From the NCBI GenBank assembly GCA_963735595.1, contig CAVTLK010000001.1:864001-928000 (forward strand): 64,000 nt of DNA. Reading direction: 5' to 3'. Of this stretch, positions 58,994 through 64,000 are shown in pieces (the first letter of the stretch is position 1; each line of letters starts with the position of its first letter). The notes under the pieces are model-generated. The model ran no database searches. It saw nothing but the letters and a program-made list of their open reading frames with translations, and was not told where the DNA came from. Both the position numbers and the translations under genes were made by a program. Source of the stretch: an uncultured delta proteobacterium. Its GTDB lineage: Bacteria > Desulfobacterota > Zymogenia > Zymogenales > Zymogenaceae.

Positions 58994-59677
58994 ATGATGG
59001 CGAACTTTGAAATCTCTCAATTCAACGAAAGAAACTCCCAGAAAAAGAGCCACCCCCCCGGCAGGATCAAGATCACCGAAAGCCTCCGCGTACTCTTGCG
59101 CGAAAAGGACTTCAATGCCATCACCACCGCCGAGATCGCCAAGAACGCCGGGGTTACCGAGGCCCTTATCTATAAGTATTTCAAGGATAAGCGCGACCTC
59201 CTCTACCAGGTGTTGGCCGAGTACATGGAGCGCTACATCGTGCAGGCCCACCACGAGCTCAACGGCATCAAGGGCGCCTTCAACAAGCTCCGCAAGACCA
59301 TCTGGACGCACATCAACGTCTACGCCACCGACCGGGTCTTCGCCAAGATCCTGATGCTCGAGGTCAGGAGCTTTTCGGACTACTACACCAGCGAGCCTTA
59401 CCGGCTCGTCAAGGAATACAGCGTGCTGCTTTCTGATATCATCGAGGAGGGCATCGCGAACGGGGAGATCAGGGACGACATCCCCCCCCCGCTCATGTGC
59501 CAGGTGATCCTCGGGGGTATCGAGCACGTCTGCCTGACCCGCGTGATCTTCAGCCGGGAGATCCAGCCCGATACGATGACCGACGACCTGACCAGGATCA
59601 TCTTCAGGGGGATCGAAAACCGGAAACACGAGGGCGAAAAAAAGGGGGAAAAGGCAGATATTTTTCTTGACAAATAG
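58994..59677 (+). CDS. TetR/AcrR-family regulator
   Basis: ITTAEIAKNAGVTEALIYKYFKDKRDL. Confidence 0.92.
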   Translation: MMANFEISQFNERNSQKKSHPPGRIKITESLRVLLREKDFNAITTAEIAKNAGVTEALIYKYFKDKRDLLYQVLAEYMERYIVQAHHELNGIKGAFNKLRKTIWTHINVYATDRVFAKILMLEVRSFSDYYTSEPYRLVKEYSVLLSDIIEEGIANGEIRDDIPPPLMCQVILGGIEHVCLTRVIFSREIQPDTMTDDLTRIIFRGIENRKHEGEKKGEKADIFLDK

Positions 59678-59797
59678 CGGTAAGTTAGTATCATTCACCC
59701 ACCGGGTGTTGTGTTCGGATATTGGATAATATCCTATAATTCCGAATAGTTATAACATATTAGTTTTATTTACTAACACACGGTACGGAGTCATGAC

Positions 59798-61498
59798 ATG
59801 AAACGAGAACGCTTTTGGACCAAATCCTACGGCCAGGTAATCAAGGACGTCGACCCCAAGCTCTTCGAAACCAGCACTATCGACCTTTATCGGGAAACCA
59901 TCAAAAAAAACGCGAAAGTCCCCGCCTATATCTTCATGGGCGTCCCGTTCACCTTTGCCGAGTTTGACCGCCTGTCCAACCAGTTTGCCAACATGCTGAT
60001 CAAAAACGGCCTGAAAAAGGGAGACGTGGTGGGGATAAACCTGCCCAATATCCCGGTCTGCCCCATCGCCTGGCTGGGCACGCTCAAGGCCGGCTGCGTC
60101 GTCACCGGCGTCTCGCCGCTGCTCTCGACCGACGAGATGGAGCATCAGCTGCGCGATTCCGAGGCCAAGTGCCTGGTGACCCTGGACGCGCTCTACGCCT
60201 ACCGGGCGATCAACATCGCGCCCAAGCTCCCGAACCTCAAGGTCATCGTCGCCGGCAGCGTCGTCGACTTTCTGCCCAAGATCAAGCAGTTCCTCGCCAA
60301 GAAGCTCAAGAAGATCCCCACCGGGCCCGTCACGCCGCTCGCGGGCAAGACCGTATACACCGTCATGGACGTCCTCAAGAAGGGCGCGTTTGCCGACGGC
60401 GATCCCGGCGTGAAGGTCGGCCCGGACGACACCGCACTCCTCATGTATACCGGCGGCACCACGGGCGTTCCCAAGGGCGCGATCCTCACCCACCGCAATA
60501 ACGTCGCCGAGATCCTCATCTCGACCGCATACATGCAGTGGTACAAGTTTCAGGAGAACGCGCTGTCCGCCTTCCCGATGTTCCACATCGCCGGCATGGC
60601 ATTCAACGAGATATCCTTCTACAACGGCTGGACGCAGATCATGCTGCCCGATCCCCGCAATACCGAGTATATCTGCGATATGCTGAAAAAGTACAAGCCG
60701 TTCCTCATCGCCAACGTTCCCTCCCTCTACCACATGCTCATGGCAAACCCGCGGTTCAAAACCCTTGATCACAGCAACCTCCAGCAGTGCGTATCGGCGG
60801 CGGCCCCGTTCCCGGTGGAGTCCCAGAAGGAGCTTGAGTCGGTCATCGGCAAGAACAAGCTCATCGAGCTCTACGGCATGACCGAGACCACCGCGATCTG
60901 CGTCATGAATCCCCTCAAGGGAGACCGCAAGCTGGGCACGATTGGGCTCCCGCTTCCCAATACCGATATCAAGCTCGTGGAGCCCGGAACCGGCAAGGAC
61001 GTGACCGCCGGCCAGCCCGGCGAATTCTGCATCAAGTGCCCCAACCTGATGCAGGGCTATTATAAGAAGCCGGAAGAGACCAGGCTCGTCTTTGACAGCG
61101 AGGGATACTTCCATACCGGCGACGTGATGGTCCAGGACAAGGGGGGCTACCTGACGATCGTCGACCGCACCAAGGATATGATCATCGTCTCCGGCTTCAA
61201 GGTCTTCTCCAAGAAGGTCGAAGACATCCTGGCCAAGCACCCCGCCGTCGAGATGATAGCCACCATCGGCCTGCCCGACCCGAAAAGGCCGGGCTCGGAA
61301 CTGGTCAGGGCCTACATGACGGTAGTGCCCGGATACGACTACGGCGGCGACGAAGACAAGCTCAAGGCCGACGTACTGGCCATGGCCAAAGAAAAGCTCG
61401 CCCCCTACGAGGTGCCCAAGGAGATCGTGATCAGGAAAGAGCTGCCGTTGACCAGCGTCGGCAAGCTGGATAAAAAGCAGCTTAGGAAAAACCCGTAA
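59798..61498 (+). CDS. acyl-CoA synthetase
   Basis: YTGGTTGVPKG, YGMTE, TGD, DRTKD, TSVGK. Confidence 0.93.
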   Translation: MKRERFWTKSYGQVIKDVDPKLFETSTIDLYRETIKKNAKVPAYIFMGVPFTFAEFDRLSNQFANMLIKNGLKKGDVVGINLPNIPVCPIAWLGTLKAGCVVTGVSPLLSTDEMEHQLRDSEAKCLVTLDALYAYRAINIAPKLPNLKVIVAGSVVDFLPKIKQFLAKKLKKIPTGPVTPLAGKTVYTVMDVLKKGAFADGDPGVKVGPDDTALLMYTGGTTGVPKGAILTHRNNVAEILISTAYMQWYKFQENALSAFPMFHIAGMAFNEISFYNGWTQIMLPDPRNTEYICDMLKKYKPFLIANVPSLYHMLMANPRFKTLDHSNLQQCVSAAAPFPVESQKELESVIGKNKLIELYGMTETTAICVMNPLKGDRKLGTIGLPLPNTDIKLVEPGTGKDVTAGQPGEFCIKCPNLMQGYYKKPEETRLVFDSEGYFHTGDVMVQDKGGYLTIVDRTKDMIIVSGFKVFSKKVEDILAKHPAVEMIATIGLPDPKRPGSELVRAYMTVVPGYDYGGDEDKLKADVLAMAKEKLAPYEVPKEIVIRKELPLTSVGKLDKKQLRKNP

Positions 61499-61661
61499 CA
61501 TGAGGGACCCGGCGCCGGCCGGCCTATTTGCCGCCCGCAGCGCCGTCGATCGTATATTTTATATGAGTACGCCGTCGGGAGAATGATCTCCCGCACCGGG
61601 CCGTGTCGGTTCTTGCCGTTTACCGCCCGGTAACGCGATTTATATTTTCATGGAGGTTCAT

Positions 61662-62633
61662 ATGAAACCGGAAGAGTATATCTGGGATTATCGTAATCCC
61701 TATCTCTGGATGGACCGGGTGATTCGCAGCGCCTTTCCGCCGATGATGATTACCTGCGCCATCACCGGCGGTGTCCAGGGAAAGGAGTCAAACGAATTCC
61801 TGCCCGAGTCCGCCGAAGAACAGGCCGACGCCGTCTTCGAGGCCTATAAGGCCGGCGCGGTCTCCGTGCACCTGCACGCCCGTGATCCGAACAACCTGGC
61901 CCTGACCACCAAGAATCCCGAGGACTATTCGAAGATCAACAAGCTCATCCGGGAGCGCTGCCCCGACATCATCATCAACAACACCACCGGCGGCGGACCC
62001 TGGCTCTCGACCGAGGAGCGCATGTGCTGCCTGTTTGCCGACCCAAGCCCGGACATGGCCAGCCTCAACCTCGGCCCCTTCGTCCTCAAGGTCCCCCTCA
62101 AGGACCGCAAGGAGCCGCTGAAGAACCCGCGCGCCGGGTTCATGTTTGACGCCTGTATCCCGGCCAGCTACGCGGACGTCAACCTCTACGCCAAGACGAT
62201 GAAGGAAAAGGGCATCAAGCCCGAGGTGGAGCTCTACCATCCCGGTCAGTACCACGTGCTCCAGGACCTCATCCGGGAAGGCAACATCGAGGGCCCCTAC
62301 ATGATTCAGTACGTCATGGGGTTCCAGACTTCGTCCTACCCGACGCCGGCCAACGTGCTGGGCCTGATCAACGAGCTTCCGCCCAACTCAATGTTCGCGC
62401 TCATCGGCGTCGGGCCGTTCCAGATCCCGATGAACGTCTTTTCGATCTTGCTGGGCGGCCACGTCCGCGTGGGTATGGAAGACAACCTCTACTACCGGAA
62501 GGGCGAAAAACTCAAGAAGAACGCTCAGCTTGTCGAGCGGGTCATTCGTATCGCAAAAGAGATGAACCGGGAAGTGGCCACCGTCGCCCAGGCCCGGGAG
62601 ATGCTGGGGCTCCCCCAGAAACCCAAGAAATAG
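61662..62633 (+). CDS. beta-keto acid cleavage enzyme (BKACE/DUF849, Kce-like)
   Basis: ITCAITG, HLHARD, TTGG, SLN.G, KPEVE, GGHVRVGMEDN. Confidence 0.9.
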   Translation: MKPEEYIWDYRNPYLWMDRVIRSAFPPMMITCAITGGVQGKESNEFLPESAEEQADAVFEAYKAGAVSVHLHARDPNNLALTTKNPEDYSKINKLIRERCPDIIINNTTGGGPWLSTEERMCCLFADPSPDMASLNLGPFVLKVPLKDRKEPLKNPRAGFMFDACIPASYADVNLYAKTMKEKGIKPEVELYHPGQYHVLQDLIREGNIEGPYMIQYVMGFQTSSYPTPANVLGLINELPPNSMFALIGVGPFQIPMNVFSILLGGHVRVGMEDNLYYRKGEKLKKNAQLVERVIRIAKEMNREVATVAQAREMLGLPQKPKK

Positions 62634-62708
62634 CGCATACATCCGGCACCGGAGCCCGGCGTATCGTGCCGGGCTCCGCCGCCGTTCCATCCCTTTCTGG
62701 AGGTTTAC

Positions 62709-63167
62709 ATGGGCGATTGGAAGAGCGAAGTAAAAAACATTATCTACGAAGGGCAGATCAAGGTTCCCTACAAGTGGAACGTGGGGGAAACCGGCAGCCG
62801 CTTCCTGATCGGGCTGAGGGACCAACAGGAGATCTGGGGCGTTCAGTGTCCCCAGTGCAAGAAGGTCTACGTCCCGCCTGTCAAGAACTGCGGCGTCTGC
62901 TTTGTTCCCACCGACCAGTGGGTGAAGGTCGCTAACACCGGAACCGTTGAATCCTTCACCGTGGTCAGTTATTCGCACAGCATGCAGCCGGCAAAGCCGC
63001 CCCTGGTCTACGGGCTCATCAAGCTTGACGGGGCCGACGGATCGCTTCTCCACCTGATCGGCGGCGTCGATCCCGCCAAGGTGGCGATGGGCATGAAGGT
63101 AAAGGCGGTCTTCGCCGACAAGCGGGAAGGCACCATCCTTGACATCAAGCATTTTGCCCCCGTTTGA
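62709..63167 (+). CDS. DUF35 zinc-ribbon/OB-fold protein
   Basis: CPQC..VYVPP..NCGVC, GTVESFT, IKLDGAD. Confidence 0.9.
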   Translation: MGDWKSEVKNIIYEGQIKVPYKWNVGETGSRFLIGLRDQQEIWGVQCPQCKKVYVPPVKNCGVCFVPTDQWVKVANTGTVESFTVVSYSHSMQPAKPPLVYGLIKLDGADGSLLHLIGGVDPAKVAMGMKVKAVFADKREGTILDIKHFAPV

Positions 63168-63214
63168 TTTTACCGTGCCGTAATTGGAACGAAAATTCAC
63201 TGAGGTATATTGCC

Positions 63215-64000
63215 ATGGAAAAAATAGGAATCGTCGGGGTCGGCCAGACCACCTATGAACGATCCAAAGAAGCCCCCTATGACGAGCTCGTCTTTGAGGC
63301 GGCGAGCGCGGCGTTAAAGGACGCCGGCGGTGAGATGGGCCATATCGACAACATCATCACCGTCTCCAACGACTTCTGGGACGGCCGCACCATCTCATCG
63401 ATGGGCGTCATGGACGCCGCGGGAAGCTGGGGAAAGGACATCTCCACCGTAGAAGGCGACGGCACCTTCGGAGCCCTCTACGGCATGATGCGTATCCTAT
63501 CCGGGTCCTTCGATACGACGCTCGTCGTCAGTCACATGAAGGGATCGGAAGGAATAATGAACCTGATCACCAACGCGATGTTTGACCCGATTTACCAGAG
63601 AAATCTCGGTATCGACGCCACGTCTTCGGCCGCATTGCAGGCGCGTATTTACATGAAAAAGAGCGGGGCCACCGAGGAGGATTTTGCCCGGGTCTCCGTA
63701 AAAAATCATAAAAACGCCAAGAACAACCCATACGCACAGCTTCCGATGGACATTACCGTCCAGGACGTTCTGAAATCAAAGAAGATAGCCGAACCGCTGA
63801 AACTGCTTGACTGCTCCCCCATTAGCGACGGGGCCGCGGCGGTGGTACTCGCCAACGAAAAGGGCGCCAAGCGCTTCAAGAAATCCCCGGTATGGGTCAA
63901 GGGTACCGCGCACTGCTCGGACGCCTATACCCTTGGATACCGGGACCTCGGCAACGCCCCGGCGCTCGCAGCCGCTTCCGGACGCGCCTATAAGGCGGCC
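63215..64000 (+). CDS. thiolase-like (SCP-x/Ltp-type) protein, runs off window
   Basis: manual translation MEKIGIVGVGQT, DFWDGRTISS, NAKNNPYAQ, CSPISDGAAAVVL. Confidence 0.9.
   Translation, partial: MEKIGIVGVGQTTYERSKEAPYDELVFEAASAALKDAGGEMGHIDNIITVSNDFWDGRTISSMGVMDAAGSWGKDISTVEGDGTFGALYGMMRILSGSFDTTLVVSHMKGSEGIMNLITNAMFDPIYQRNLGIDATSSAALQARIYMKKSGATEEDFARVSVKNHKNAKNNPYAQLPMDITVQDVLKSKKIAEPLKLLDCSPISDGAAAVVLANEKGAKRFKKSPVWVKGTAHCSDAYTLGYRDLGNAPALAAASGRAYKAA

Noticed and set aside
1..64000. CRISPR array or cas genes
   Set aside because: No run of equal repeats with unique spacers; repeats are dispersed palindromes; no Cas motifs recognised

Overview
GC-rich bacterial chromosomal window. Gene content (rubrerythrin, flavodiiron protein, many acyl-CoA enzymes, DUF35/thiolase) suggests an anaerobe, plausibly a deltaproteobacterium (Desulfobacterota-like); this is inference. 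In order: end of a molybdopterin operon (moaA-moaC-MOSC-mog); a coupled three-gene phosphatase operon; a PerR/Fur-led oxidative-stress cluster; a TetR-SDR-ThDP enzyme-DASS catabolic unit with two matching operators; amrS; D-aminoacylase plus dsdA; tRNA-Met; a UvrD-family helicase and pepA; acyl-CoA ligase and two nitronate-monooxygenase/FabK-like paralogs; Gfo oxidoreductase plus GPH transporter; a variable 37-59 kb zone; and a final TetR-CoA ligase-BKACE-DUF35-thiolase-like cluster. The variable zone has two AT-rich islands. Island 1 (about 37.4-42.1 kb) is the best candidate for an undescribed system: a putative alpha/alpha-barrel fused to a calcineurin-like phosphoesterase, a P-loop kinase fused to a Pol-beta nucleotidyltransferase, and a membrane-anchored protein. 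Island 2 (about 55.1-58.8 kb) has a membrane protein and an RloC-like zinc-hook ABC ATPase, bounded by 11-bp direct repeats at palindromic elements. Intergenic DNA holds at least five families of REP/MITE-like palindromes, with no transposase in the window. A 53-aa Cys/His protein missed by the ORF track lies between 45-bp direct repeats. At least seven genes carry small frameshifts, most simply read as long-read consensus errors. All family calls are by eye from motifs; no database search was run.
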